Below are positions 37,872 through 47,682 of a DNA stretch of 64,000 nucleotides, piece after piece (the stretch's first letter is position 1; every line of letters begins with the position of its first letter). A program made the translations under genes and the position numbers. The stretch covers positions 40,200 to 104,199 of the forward strand of contig CAYWKC010000001.1 in the NCBI GenBank assembly GCA_964459145.1, written 5' to 3'. The notes under the pieces are model-generated. The model was not told the origin of the DNA. It saw only the letters and a list, made by a program, of their open reading frames with translations, and made no database searches. The DNA comes from an uncultured Candidatus Saccharibacteria bacterium. GTDB taxonomy: Bacteria; Patescibacteriota; Minisyncoccia; Phycocordibacterales; UBA12079.

Positions 37872-38342
37872 ATGGAAATACCCACTAATATTAAAAAGGA
37901 AATTTCCTTAATTGAAAAGGGTAAGAGGCTGAAAAAGAGAAGGGTTGAACAGAAAATCCCCTATTCTCAATTGCTTTCCCTCGCGAAAAATAATTTAACA
38001 TTTCTTGATAGAATTGCTAATGCCGAGCCCATCCTCTCTTTTCTTCGCAAAAATTCAAGACGAATATTAATTGTTAACTGGTTTAACTCTACTTACCCAC
38101 AGCATAATTCACGAGATAACTTAGGGCGGCTGATTCTAACAGTTATAAACGAAAAGGCATCCCTCTATGATTGGATTGACGCTGACTACCCTGCGAATAG
38201 AAGTAATCGAGACTATACATTGGTTACCGAGAAGGAATTAGAAAAATGGCACCCCAAGAGTCTTGAACGATTTGCTCTTCTTACAGAAAAAGCCGTCTGG
38301 AAAAATATTTTTCAAAAGCTAAGGATTATGAGAAGTTATTAA
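37872..38342 (+). CDS. hypothetical protein
   Basis: 156-aa ORF with AAAAGGAGG RBS and a downstream terminator (AAATCCCCTGTT...AACAGGGGATTT). Confidence 0.4.
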   Translation: MEIPTNIKKEISLIEKGKRLKKRRVEQKIPYSQLLSLAKNNLTFLDRIANAEPILSFLRKNSRRILIVNWFNSTYPQHNSRDNLGRLILTVINEKASLYDWIDADYPANRSNRDYTLVTEKELEKWHPKSLERFALLTEKAVWKNIFQKLRIMRSY

Positions 38343-38500
38343 ATTTTAGTTTTCAAAAATCCCCTGTTTTGCCCCTTTGGGGCTTAACAGGGGATTTTCA
38401 TTAAAAACCTCTTGATTATAATCAGAATATTCTATATAATACTCACATGTCACCACAGCCCTATTTTTTTGTCAGATAATTTAATTAGGGTTTCAAAAAT

Positions 38501-38659
38501 ATGTCACAAGATAATTTAATTAAAATGACTTGCCAAGATTGTAAAAGAAACAATTACTGGACAAGAAAAAACAAAAAAGGAGTAGAACGAAAATTGGAAT
38601 TCAAGAAATTTTGTAAGTGGTGCAGAAAGCACGTTATGCATAAAGAAACCAAGAAATAA
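38501..38659 (+). CDS. rpmG: 50S ribosomal protein L33 (below the ORF-track size cutoff)
   Basis: MSQDNLIKMTCQDCKRNNYWTRKNKKGVERKLEFKKFCKWCRKHVMHKETKK. C..C/C..C zinc-ribbon and KNK...LE.KK.C..C..H pattern of L33. Terminator at 38665-38690. Confidence 0.75.
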   Translation: MSQDNLIKMTCQDCKRNNYWTRKNKKGVERKLEFKKFCKWCRKHVMHKETKK

Positions 38660-38739
38660 AAGTTAAAAAAGTCGCCATGCGACTTTTTTTAGTGCTTTTA
38701 GCTTTTAATTTGGATATAATTAACTTATACTATTTTTAT

Positions 38740-38811
38740 GGGTCTATAGTTTAGTTGGTAAAACAGCGGTCTCCAAAACCGCCATCCGAGGTTCGAGTCC
38801 TCGTGGACCCG
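38740..38811 (+). tRNA. tRNA-Trp (CCA)
   Basis: Acceptor GGGTCTA/TGGACCC, anticodon loop CTCCAAA, T-arm CGAGGTTCGAGTCCTCG. Confidence 0.85.
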
Positions 38812-38999
38812 CAATAATAAAAATCATTAAATTTTATATTGGGTGATTTTTGTTATTTATGATTTTGACAGGGCTCGAACGGTAATAGGAAAAGTGCTAA
38901 ACGCACTTTTCCGAGCCACGGCCAGCAGTACTTAGCAGATTTTGAGCGAAGCGAAAAAAGATGTTTAGTAATTGTGGGTCGAATTCTCGTGGACCCGCA
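38812..38999 (+). repeat. tRNA-linked element after tRNA-Trp, ending in a 14-nt copy of the tRNA-Trp 3' end
   Basis: 38986-38999 CTCGTGGACCCGCA matches the tRNA 3' end. Hairpin GGAAAAGTGC-taaac-GCACTTTTCC at 38888-38912. GAGCGAAGCGAA box. Terminal GTGGGTCGAATTC T-arm-like segment. Confidence 0.6.
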
Positions 39000-39000
39000 T

Positions 39001-39930
39001 ATGAATACCCAAACTAAATTACTTGATAAAAATTTTCACCCTTGTGTAATAAATGCTTCAGGAGTAAAGGATACTACTTTTGAAGAATTAGAATCTTTAG
39101 CAAAAAGTGATTCTGGTGCGATTGTGATGAAAACTTGCACTCTTGAACCAAGAAAAGGTAACTCCGAACCTCGTTGCTCCACTACCCCCTTTGGTTTAAT
39201 TCAAAGTATGGGTTGGCCTAATTTAGGTTATAAAAAATATATTGAATTTGCAGAAAAAATAAAAGAAAAATATGATAAACCAATAATTGCTAGTATTGGT
39301 GGATTTTCAACAGAGGATTATAAAAAGATGACGTTAGCTTTTCAAAACAGCAAGGTCGATCTGATTGAAATTAGTCTCTCCTGTCCTAACTTAGAAGGAC
39401 ACCCTCAAATTGGATATGACTTTGGTGAAACAGAAAAATTATTATCACAATTAATTAATTTAGGAAAAAAGCCAATCGGTCTAAAATTACCTGCTTATCT
39501 TGATTCAATTTTGCAAGAAAAAATGGCGAGGATAATTCTAAAATATAAGATCTCTTTCATCACCTGTATCAATTCTTTGGGTAATAGCTTAATCATTGAC
39601 TCCCAGTCAGAAAAACCACTAATTAAACCAAGAAATGGAAGTGGTGGGTTGTCTGGAGATTATATAAAACCAGTAGCCTTAGGTAATATTTGTGGTTTTT
39701 ATAATCTTCTGAAAGACAAAGTATTTATTTTTGGAGTAGGAGGAATTAAAACAGGAAAAGACGCTTTTGAATTTTTTTTAGCTGGGGCAAATGCCGTTCA
39801 AATTGGAACTACTTTTGAAAAAGAAGGGGTTTCTTGCTTTGGGAGAATTAATAAAGAGCTAAAAGAAATTTTAGAAAGAAAGGGATATAAAAATATTCAA
39901 GAGGCAATAGGCAATCTAAAATTTCTTTAA
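39001..39930 (+). CDS. pyrD: dihydroorotate dehydrogenase (class 1)
   Basis: NASGVKDTT, SIGGFS and C-terminal TIM-barrel motifs. Start set at MNTQ; upstream in-frame codons belong to the tRNA-end copy. Confidence 0.85.
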   Translation: MNTQTKLLDKNFHPCVINASGVKDTTFEELESLAKSDSGAIVMKTCTLEPRKGNSEPRCSTTPFGLIQSMGWPNLGYKKYIEFAEKIKEKYDKPIIASIGGFSTEDYKKMTLAFQNSKVDLIEISLSCPNLEGHPQIGYDFGETEKLLSQLINLGKKPIGLKLPAYLDSILQEKMARIILKYKISFITCINSLGNSLIIDSQSEKPLIKPRNGSGGLSGDYIKPVALGNICGFYNLLKDKVFIFGVGGIKTGKDAFEFFLAGANAVQIGTTFEKEGVSCFGRINKELKEILERKGYKNIQEAIGNLKFL

Positions 39931-39933
39931 TTT

Positions 39934-41574
39934 TCAAATCAATAATCTTACCACCCTTATTTCATCAAAAGAATATTTATCACCTAAAATTCTTTTTACA
40001 GGGGTTAATTTGTCTCCCTTGATTTTCTGCCAAGCTTGTTTAATCTTTTCAAAATCTTTAATATCGTTTTTCAAATAATCTAGATTCACTTTATTAGTCC
40101 CCTGTTCCCCTACTAATTTTTCTAAGTGATTGATAATAGTTGCTATTGTCATTTTTCTCTCTCGAGCCATATCTTCAATTGTCATTTCTTGAACAACTAA
40201 TTGTTTGGTCAAATCATAAGTTGAGATTTTTTCTCCCACCGGCACATCTACCACAGCTTTATTTAAAAATTCTTTTTGTAAATTATTTTTTCTTTCTTTG
40301 GGAGTTATTTTTAATTGACGGGCTGTTTGTTCAGATTTTTTCTTCAATTCTTCATCAAAACTCAAAATATCTTTATTTATAGATAAGGCCATTTTGTTAA
40401 TTCCTTTCAAATATAAACCATCAAGAGACCTCACGCGAGACAATGCCACATAACCCATTCCAGCCACGAAAGACCTTGAAAGGTCAATTTCAGCCGCATC
40501 CAAGCTCATTCCTTGGCTCTTATGAACAGTAATCGCCCAAGCTAACCGAAGCGGGATTTGAGTGATTTTAGCCTTAATTACTCCGTCTTCTTCTATGTGC
40601 CATGATTCATAATTTACGATTATCTCTTTTCCCCCATAAGTTCTAATCACTGGCAAGTTTCCGTCAAAATCAACTACCACTCCTAAGGTCCCATTAACAT
40701 AACCAACTTCAAAATTATTTTTTACAAACATTACCACTGCATCTTTTTTTAATTGCAGTTCTTCCATTGCCAAACAACTTTTTTTCAAAGTTTCAGATAA
40801 CTTTTTTGTTCCGCTACATTGCATTTGGTAAATCTGAGGAAAGCCTTTAATTTTTTCTAATTGTTCAAAATTTAAGCGATCCACTTCCTTATTATGTGTG
40901 TAAAGTTTCGTTGGGACAATTTTCTCCTGTTTAATTTTTTGCCTTTTCCGTAAAAGCTCTTGAGTTTTTTTGCTGATTTCATTTTGCCGAATATCTTTCA
41001 AAATACTTAATAAGTCATCTTCTAAATCTTGTCGATATTGATCGCTTAAATAACAAATCTGTAAATCCATATTTTTCCAGATCTCAGCTTGATAAGCAAA
41101 ATCTACATTCATCCCCTTTTTATTAATTGGCGGAAGTTGAAAAAAATCTCCACATAAAACAATTTGTATTCCCCCAAAAGGTTCCGAGGATTGTTTGAAA
41201 GCTCGACAAATTTTATCTACAGTATCTAATTGCCAACCACTTAACATTGAAATTTCATCAATTACCAACACTTGAGTATATTTAAATTTTTTCTTGAGAT
41301 AATTTTTACTTGATAATTTTTCAATTTCAATATCAGACAAACTGTCCTTAATTCCTAAACCTGACCAAGAATGAATAGTAATTCCATTTAAGTGAGTCGC
41401 CGCAATTCCTGTAGAGGCAGTTATCCCCACTGGAACTTTTTTTGCTTTAAGAAAATCAATATATTGATTTAAAACATAGGTTTTCCCACTCCCCGCTGGA
41501 CCAGTCAAGAAAACATTTTTCCCCATCTTTAAAATTTCTAAAGTTTCTTGTTGTCGCATATTACATTTCCTCAA
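39934..41574 (-). CDS. Pif1/RecD-like SF1 DNA helicase with C-terminal HTH-like region
   Basis: Walker A GPAGSGKTYVL, motif II VLVIDEISMLS, C-terminal helical or HTH segment. Confidence 0.65.
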   Translation of the reverse strand: MRKCNMRQQETLEILKMGKNVFLTGPAGSGKTYVLNQYIDFLKAKKVPVGITASTGIAATHLNGITIHSWSGLGIKDSLSDIEIEKLSSKNYLKKKFKYTQVLVIDEISMLSGWQLDTVDKICRAFKQSSEPFGGIQIVLCGDFFQLPPINKKGMNVDFAYQAEIWKNMDLQICYLSDQYRQDLEDDLLSILKDIRQNEISKKTQELLRKRQKIKQEKIVPTKLYTHNKEVDRLNFEQLEKIKGFPQIYQMQCSGTKKLSETLKKSCLAMEELQLKKDAVVMFVKNNFEVGYVNGTLGVVVDFDGNLPVIRTYGGKEIIVNYESWHIEEDGVIKAKITQIPLRLAWAITVHKSQGMSLDAAEIDLSRSFVAGMGYVALSRVRSLDGLYLKGINKMALSINKDILSFDEELKKKSEQTARQLKITPKERKNNLQKEFLNKAVVDVPVGEKISTYDLTKQLVVQEMTIEDMARERKMTIATIINHLEKLVGEQGTNKVNLDYLKNDIKDFEKIKQAWQKIKGDKLTPVKRILGDKYSFDEIRVVRLLI

Positions 41575-43348
41575 TGGTTTCTATCCCTAACAAGCCCAAA
41601 CCATTTTTGAGAACTTGAGCTACTCCTTCTGTAATGGCTAAACGAAACTCTTTCTCTCTATCTGAAGCATCCAAAACTGGGCAATGAGCATAAAATGAAT
41701 TAAACCTTTGAGCTAATTCAAATAGATAAACACATAATAAGTGAGGAGCTACTTCTACCCCTGCCCGATAAGTTACTTGGGGATAGTGAGCTAACCATTT
41801 TAACAAACTTTTCTCAAATCCCCCTCTACTTCCAACCTTGCTAACTTCGGGAGGTTGGATCTCCCGAAGTTGTGATTTTTTAAGAATAGTTTTAGCTCGC
41901 ACGTAGGCATAGAGAATATAAGGGCCAGAATAGCCTTCAAAATTAACAAATCTTTCTGGATCGTAATTTACATTCTTATTAAATTCATGAGACAAAATTA
42001 AAAATTTTAATCCAGCTAAAGACACCACTCGGGCTATCTTCTCCCTTTTACTTTCGTCATAATCTTTCAATTCAACAATTTTTGTCTTAGCAATTCTTAA
42101 CGACTCTTCCAAAATATCAGTCCCTTTTATATTCTTTCCACTACGTGAACTGGTTTTTTTCCCATCCATTAACAACCAACCAAAAGATAGATGAAAATAT
42201 TTATTTTTGAATTTATTATCTAATCTTTCTAAGATTTTGATAATTGCTCTGAAATAATTCTCTTGCTCTATTGCAGTTAAAGTTAGGTTCAAATATAAAT
42301 CTGGGTAATCTTCAAATTTTTGAAATCCTAAAGCAATGTCTTTAGCAGAATAAGTCGGGTTTTCTTCACTTGTTTGCATCACCCAAGTAGCCAAACCATC
42401 TTTTTCCCCATCATAAACAATGGCTCCTTGACTCTTTTTAAAGATTCCTTTTTCATCTTTATCTATAATTTTTTTAGCCTCTGCAAAAACCTGACTTTCT
42501 GAATATTGTTTATCATAAACTACTCCCAAATCTGAAAAAATAATTGTCTGATGTTCTAAACTCCATTCTTTAATTTTTTCATACAAATCAGTTGCTTCAT
42601 TTTTTACTCCATCATAAATATCCTGATTTATCTGTTTGATAGCTTTTTCATTGGTGTCAAAATTATCAGAAGCATAAACATAGGCATCAGCAATAAAATC
42701 CATCTTTTTGTGTTTGTTCCAAGATTTAAAATTGTCTGGCAACCCTTTTTGCATTACTCCCCATGTGCATTTAGCAGTGTGCATTCCAATATCACCATAA
42801 TAATTAGTTTTTATCACCTTATAACCTAAGTTTTCAATTAATTTACAGACAGCTAATCCTGAAATTGCTCCTTTAATATGTCCTACCGTAAAAGCTTTAT
42901 GGGTATTAGGTTGACCAAACTCTACCATTATTTTTTTGTTGTTCTCCTTAAATCTTCCATAATTTTCCTTTTCAGCTAAAATATTTTTTAATTCACTCTC
43001 AAAATAATTCTGTTTAATTGTAAAATTAATAAATCCTGGAGTCGCTATTTCCACTTTTTCTAATAAATCAGGGAGGTCTATTTTTTCAACTATTTCTCGA
43101 GCTATCTTTAAAGGATTTTTTTTCAAAACTCCCGCCAAAGCCATGGCTACATTAGTAGCATAATCCCCGTGAGATTCTTCAGTGGAATTTTCCACCGTAA
43201 AATCAACCTCTTTTTCAGTTTTCTGCCTTGAGAAATATTCCTTTATTGATTCAGAGATCTTTGTCTCAAGAATCTCTTTGGCTGAAAAATTTGCCTTATC
43301 AAGAAAATTTCCAATAATATTATTTTTTAAAATTTCTGAGAGTTCCAT
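41561..43348 (-). CDS. argS: arginyl-tRNA synthetase
   Basis: N-terminal Arg add-1 domain (HGDYATNVAMA), HIGH-like FTVGHIKG, DALR anticodon-binding C-terminus. Confidence 0.85.
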   Translation of the reverse strand: MELSEILKNNIIGNFLDKANFSAKEILETKISESIKEYFSRQKTEKEVDFTVENSTEESHGDYATNVAMALAGVLKKNPLKIAREIVEKIDLPDLLEKVEIATPGFINFTIKQNYFESELKNILAEKENYGRFKENNKKIMVEFGQPNTHKAFTVGHIKGAISGLAVCKLIENLGYKVIKTNYYGDIGMHTAKCTWGVMQKGLPDNFKSWNKHKKMDFIADAYVYASDNFDTNEKAIKQINQDIYDGVKNEATDLYEKIKEWSLEHQTIIFSDLGVVYDKQYSESQVFAEAKKIIDKDEKGIFKKSQGAIVYDGEKDGLATWVMQTSEENPTYSAKDIALGFQKFEDYPDLYLNLTLTAIEQENYFRAIIKILERLDNKFKNKYFHLSFGWLLMDGKKTSSRSGKNIKGTDILEESLRIAKTKIVELKDYDESKREKIARVVSLAGLKFLILSHEFNKNVNYDPERFVNFEGYSGPYILYAYVRAKTILKKSQLREIQPPEVSKVGSRGGFEKSLLKWLAHYPQVTYRAGVEVAPHLLCVYLFELAQRFNSFYAHCPVLDASDREKEFRLAITEGVAQVLKNGLGLLGIETIEEM

Positions 43349-43407
43349 TAAATTAATAATAACATATTATTAGTGTATAAAAAATTTTAAACCTAATTAT
43401 CATTAAT

Positions 43408-43899
43408 TTATTCAAACAAAATAGGTATTTCTAGAGCATTATCGTTTTCTGGTAAATCTGAGGGATTATCTTTTTTAAGAATTAAAAAACCTTTCTCTCC
43501 ATAATCTGGCTTATCAAATTGTAATTCACCTTCAAACTGAACAAGGTCTTCTGTCATCCAATCACTCTGAGCCATTGCATATCCCTCAGCAATAATTAAA
43601 CCATCCCAATTAGTTAAAATTACAGGAAAATCACCTTCAAAATACCAAGTTCCTCTTGCTTGTCCTTTTAACAACAATGGGCTAGAAATTTTATCATTAG
43701 GTTGAATTGAATCTAATTTAATTAAATCTTTTAAATTTTTTTCCTCTTCACAAAGTTGTTCTGGTTTTTCAGCAGAGGGGCTCCCATGTTTAACCCATTC
43801 CCCTTTTTGACAAATCCAAATATCTTCATCTCCTCTAAGAATTAAAAGCAAAAAAACAATCCCCATTAAAACTAAAATTATTATGCCTATTTTCTTCAT
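43408..43899 (-). CDS. hypothetical membrane-anchored protein
   Basis: 163 aa, N-terminal TM helix. Confidence 0.4.
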   Translation of the reverse strand: MKKIGIIILVLMGIVFLLLILRGDEDIWICQKGEWVKHGSPSAEKPEQLCEEEKNLKDLIKLDSIQPNDKISSPLLLKGQARGTWYFEGDFPVILTNWDGLIIAEGYAMAQSDWMTEDLVQFEGELQFDKPDYGEKGFLILKKDNPSDLPENDNALEIPILFE

Positions 43900-43906
43900 A
43901 AATTCT

Positions 43907-44254
43907 TTATTCTTTAATTAATGGTAGCTTATTCTTTTTCCATTCTAGAAGACCTCCTTGCATATCTTTAACATTTTTAAAACCCAAAGTTTTTAAAACA
44001 TTGAAAATAATTTGGCTTCGAACTCCATTCCGACAATAAGCAATGATAGAATTCTTTTTTTTGTCAATCAAACCAATTTTTTTTAAATCCTTTAAAAAAT
44101 CTTCTGAAAGATTTAACAAAATAGCATTTTTTATGTGTCCTGCTTTATATTCCATCAAAGTTCGCACATCTAATAAAGTAAAATCACTTCCTTTTTGAGT
44201 TTTTTTATATAAATCATTAACCGAAATAATATCCCGATTTTCCTTTGTTTTCAT
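43907..44254 (-). CDS. rhodanese-domain protein
   Basis: Active-site loop CRNGVRS. Confidence 0.75.
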   Translation of the reverse strand: MKTKENRDIISVNDLYKKTQKGSDFTLLDVRTLMEYKAGHIKNAILLNLSEDFLKDLKKIGLIDKKKNSIIAYCRNGVRSQIIFNVLKTLGFKNVKDMQGGLLEWKKNKLPLIKE

Positions 44255-44370
44255 GAATTTATTATACCATAGATTTTCTTTTTTGTTTCCGCCTATTCGA
44301 CGAGTTGTTGGAGAGGTAATTTCCGTTTTAATTTCACCAAATATAGAATTAGTGGTATAATCATATTAAT

Positions 44371-45303
44371 ATGAAATCATTTTTTACAAAAATAGAAGGT
44401 GTTTATATAACAATCTTATCAGTTTTTGTTATTTCCGCTGGCACTTTTAGTTATTTGGTTTGGTCAGGAAATAATCATTTAAAATCTATAGATGAAAAAT
44501 TTTCTTTAATTAATTCAAATTTAGAACTTTTGGAAAGAAAACTGGCTTCTACCACAGCAGAATTACAAGGAGATATTGTCCAAACTTATACAAATTTATC
44601 TCAAGCCTTAAGCAATGAAAAAGAAAACGTTGGAAAAATAGAAAATTTGTTGGGTACTTATAAAGAGGAGGTTGGAAATATAACTGGTACAGTAACGAAT
44701 CTTGAAAAATTAAGTAAAACCGATCCAGAATTATTACAAAAATATTCCAAAGTTTTCTTTTTAAATGAACATTATGCCCCAGCTCGTCTGTCAGAAATAC
44801 CAAATAACTACGAATACTTTGAAGCCAAATATTCTAAAATAGATTCACAAGTCTGGCCTTATTTAGAAAAGATGTTAAAAGCTTCTCTTAATGCTGATTT
44901 AGAAATTTATGTCTATTCGGCTTATCGCTCTTTTAATGAGCAAACTGCTCTCAAAAATCAATATGCTATTATCTACGGAGATGGCACTGCTAATCAATTT
45001 TCAGCCGACCAAGGTTATTCTGAACACCAATTAGGCACAGCCGTTGATTTAATCACGACTGGAATTGGAGGAACGCTGGAAGGATTTGAACAAACAATAG
45101 CTTATCAGTGGTTGCTTAATAATGCTTACAAATACGGTTTTATAATGTCCTATCCCGACGATAATAGTTATTATGTTTTTGAACCATGGCATTGGCGTTT
45201 TGTCGGTGTTAAATTGGCAACGGACTTGCACACCAGTGGAAAAAATTTTTACGATTTAGACCAACGAGAAATTGACGAATATTTAGTTAATTTATTTGAA
45301 TAG
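44371..45303 (+). CDS. VanY/M15-family D-Ala-D-Ala carboxypeptidase, membrane anchored
   Basis: SEHQLGTAVDL and EPWHWRFVG LAS-fold motifs; N-terminal TM plus coiled coil. Confidence 0.75.
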   Translation: MKSFFTKIEGVYITILSVFVISAGTFSYLVWSGNNHLKSIDEKFSLINSNLELLERKLASTTAELQGDIVQTYTNLSQALSNEKENVGKIENLLGTYKEEVGNITGTVTNLEKLSKTDPELLQKYSKVFFLNEHYAPARLSEIPNNYEYFEAKYSKIDSQVWPYLEKMLKASLNADLEIYVYSAYRSFNEQTALKNQYAIIYGDGTANQFSADQGYSEHQLGTAVDLITTGIGGTLEGFEQTIAYQWLLNNAYKYGFIMSYPDDNSYYVFEPWHWRFVGVKLATDLHTSGKNFYDLDQREIDEYLVNLFE

Positions 45304-45543
45304 TTTAAAATCTGCCTATTAAGAAACAAATTTAAAACAACAACCAACTCGGTAACGAGTTAGTTGTTGTTTTGGTCGAGAAAAAGATTGCTCCTTTTTA
45401 GGCTTTTTAGAGCCATTTGTTAAAAAACACTTTAAAATCACCCCTACTTCTTGGTCATTAAACCAAAAAAACCATTTTTCGTAAAAAAAGCGAAAAAACA
45501 ATTTCCACTTTTTTATTAAAATTTTTCTCTCAGTATTTTATAA

Positions 45544-46146
45544 CTAAACTAATTTCTCCGAAATAAAATTTAAATAATTTTTTGTGTTTGGTCTGAATTC
45601 TTTAAAATATATAATCCTAAACTTATATTGCCTAAGTAGATCTTCTACTTCATTCTTCGTGTAAAAGCTAAACCAACGTGGTTCACCCACTTTCTTAGTC
45701 TCACGATACTCTTCATTTATCCCTTCAATAAGTCCTAATCCAAAAATACCATCGGGCTTTAACACCCGCTTAATTTCCTGCATTGGTTTACTAATCTCAT
45801 TTTTGGGAACGTGGAGCAAGGAAGTATATGCCCATATTCCATCAAAAAAATTATCTTCAAAAGGAAGTTGGTTAAAATCAGCTTTAATAGAGGTTAATCC
45901 TTTTGATTGTGACAGTTTAATCATTGCTTCTGAAGCATCTAAACAAACAACTTGCATTCCCGCTTGTTGCAAAATAAGTCCATCTCTTCCTGGGCCACTT
46001 CCAATGTCTAAGATTTTTTTCTCGTTCTTGATTGATCCAATAAATTTTTTTAAAAAAGTTTGTGGGAATTTACTCCAAAAATCAAAAGTTTCTTCATCAT
46101 ATTTTTGAGCAAAATTATTGTAGGCATCAATAGTTTTTTTATTCAT
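45544..46146 (-). CDS. class I SAM-dependent methyltransferase
   Basis: Motif I ILDIGSGPGRDG. Confidence 0.75.
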   Translation of the reverse strand: MNKKTIDAYNNFAQKYDEETFDFWSKFPQTFLKKFIGSIKNEKKILDIGSGPGRDGLILQQAGMQVVCLDASEAMIKLSQSKGLTSIKADFNQLPFEDNFFDGIWAYTSLLHVPKNEISKPMQEIKRVLKPDGIFGLGLIEGINEEYRETKKVGEPRWFSFYTKNEVEDLLRQYKFRIIYFKEFRPNTKNYLNFISEKLV

Positions 46147-46163
46147 ATTTTATTCAAGAAACA

Positions 46164-46364
46164 CAATTTTGTTGCCAGACTAGGATTCGTCCTGACGGTC
46201 TCTAAATAAAATTCTTCGCTAACCACTTGAATTTTATTAAGAGCCACGGGACACGGCTCGTTGTTGCTCCCCACGGTCGCAACATACTCCGTTGTTCGAA
46301 TCCTATCCAAAATGTGCGTAGGCACATTTCTTCTGGCAATAAAATTTCGTCGCTCTCAATTTTG
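46164..46364 (-). repeat. tRNA-linked element downstream of tRNA-Gln, ending in a 26-nt copy of the tRNA-Gln 3' end plus flank
   Basis: 46164-46189 matches 46357-46382. Hairpin AAAATGTGC-gtag-GCACATTT at 46309-46329. Inverted T-arm copy TAGGATTCGAAC. GAGAGCGACGAA and TAGCGAAGAA boxes. Confidence 0.6.
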
Positions 46365-46436
46365 TTGCCAGACTAGGATTCGAACCTAGATAACCAGCTC
46401 CAAAAGCTGATGTCCTACCATTAGACGATCTGGCAA
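46365..46436 (-). tRNA. tRNA-Gln (UUG)
   Basis: Acceptor TGCCAGA/TCTGGCA, anticodon loop TTTTGGA, T-arm CTAGGTTCGAATCCTAG. Confidence 0.8.
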
Positions 46437-46446
46437 TATTTCTTTA

Positions 46447-47496
46447 TTATTTTACATTTTTTGCTAAGTTTATCAATAATAATTCTAGCGGAAGTTGAGG
46501 AATATAGGAGAGCTTTATTTGAGCAAATACATCAATTAACTCATCTATTAGCCCTGCATTTATACCTGAATCGGCCTTTTTGCTCAATTTTTGTAAGAAT
46601 TTGAAATCAACTTCAGAAAATTCTTCTTTAAACATTTTTTCTGCCTCTTGAGAAAATCTTAGTAACAAAATAGCTCTAATTTTATGTAAAATTAATTTTA
46701 CAAAAATTTGCATATCAATATTATTTTCTAAGGCAATTTTTATCTTTTCTAATCCTATTCCTATATTTTTTTCTGCAAGAGCCAAAATAAACTGATTAAC
46801 CAGTTCCCCACTCGGAGCTCCAGTGATTCTTTCTACTTCCTTCAAAGAGATTTTTTTATCAGCCGAAGCACTAATAACTTTTTGCAAAATTCCCAAAGTA
46901 TCACGAAAAGAACCGTCTCCTAACAAAGCAATTAATTCCTCTGTCCCTTTTTCTAATTTGATTTTTTCTTTTTTAGCAATATCTAAAATAATTTCTGTCA
47001 AAATTTGTTGTGACGGTTTTTTAAACACAAATGTCTGGCAACGAGAAACTATGGTGTCAGGAATTTTTTCTACTTCCGTTGTAGCTAACACAAAGACTAC
47101 ATGTTGGGGTGGTTCTTCTAACGTTTTCAAAAGAGCATTAAAAGCATCTTTGGTTAACATATGGACCTCATCAATAATATAAACTTTATAAGGAGATTCA
47201 AAAGGTAAAACATTCACTGCTTCCCGCAATTCTCTAATAGCATCAATTCCCCGATTAGAAGCAGCGTCTATTTCATTCAAATCATTAACAGAACATTTTA
47301 TCTCTTGCGCTAAAATTCTCGCCACAGTAGTTTTTCCCGTTCCTCTTGTTCCTGAAAATAAATAGGCATGGGAAATATTTCCTAATTTGATAGCTTTTTT
47401 AAGAGTGGCTGTAATATGATTTTGTCCCAAAACTTCGTTGAAACTTTGAGGCCGATATTTACGATAAAGTACTAAATTGTCATTCATTAAAATCAT
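46447..47496 (-). CDS. dnaX: DNA polymerase III gamma/tau subunit (short)
   Basis: AAA+ clamp-loader N-terminus YRPQSFNEVLGQ...GTRGTGKTT, sensor motifs. Confidence 0.8.
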   Translation of the reverse strand: MILMNDNLVLYRKYRPQSFNEVLGQNHITATLKKAIKLGNISHAYLFSGTRGTGKTTVARILAQEIKCSVNDLNEIDAASNRGIDAIRELREAVNVLPFESPYKVYIIDEVHMLTKDAFNALLKTLEEPPQHVVFVLATTEVEKIPDTIVSRCQTFVFKKPSQQILTEIILDIAKKEKIKLEKGTEELIALLGDGSFRDTLGILQKVISASADKKISLKEVERITGAPSGELVNQFILALAEKNIGIGLEKIKIALENNIDMQIFVKLILHKIRAILLLRFSQEAEKMFKEEFSEVDFKFLQKLSKKADSGINAGLIDELIDVFAQIKLSYIPQLPLELLLINLAKNVK

Positions 47497-47682
47497 TATA
47501 ACAAAATTAACCCAACTGAGACAATAGATCTATAATTTTCAATTCCCAATTTACAATTTTCAATGAATTTCCAATGATTGAATTTTAAATAAAGACGAAT
47601 TTTGGCAAAACCAAAATTCGTCTTTGAAAATTGAAAATTTTTACATTGTTTGAAAATTGAAAATTAGAAATTAAAGATTCTC

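Noticed and set aside
46143-46325. 60-aa minus-strand ORF.
   Set aside because: It lies wholly within the tRNA-Gln linked element.
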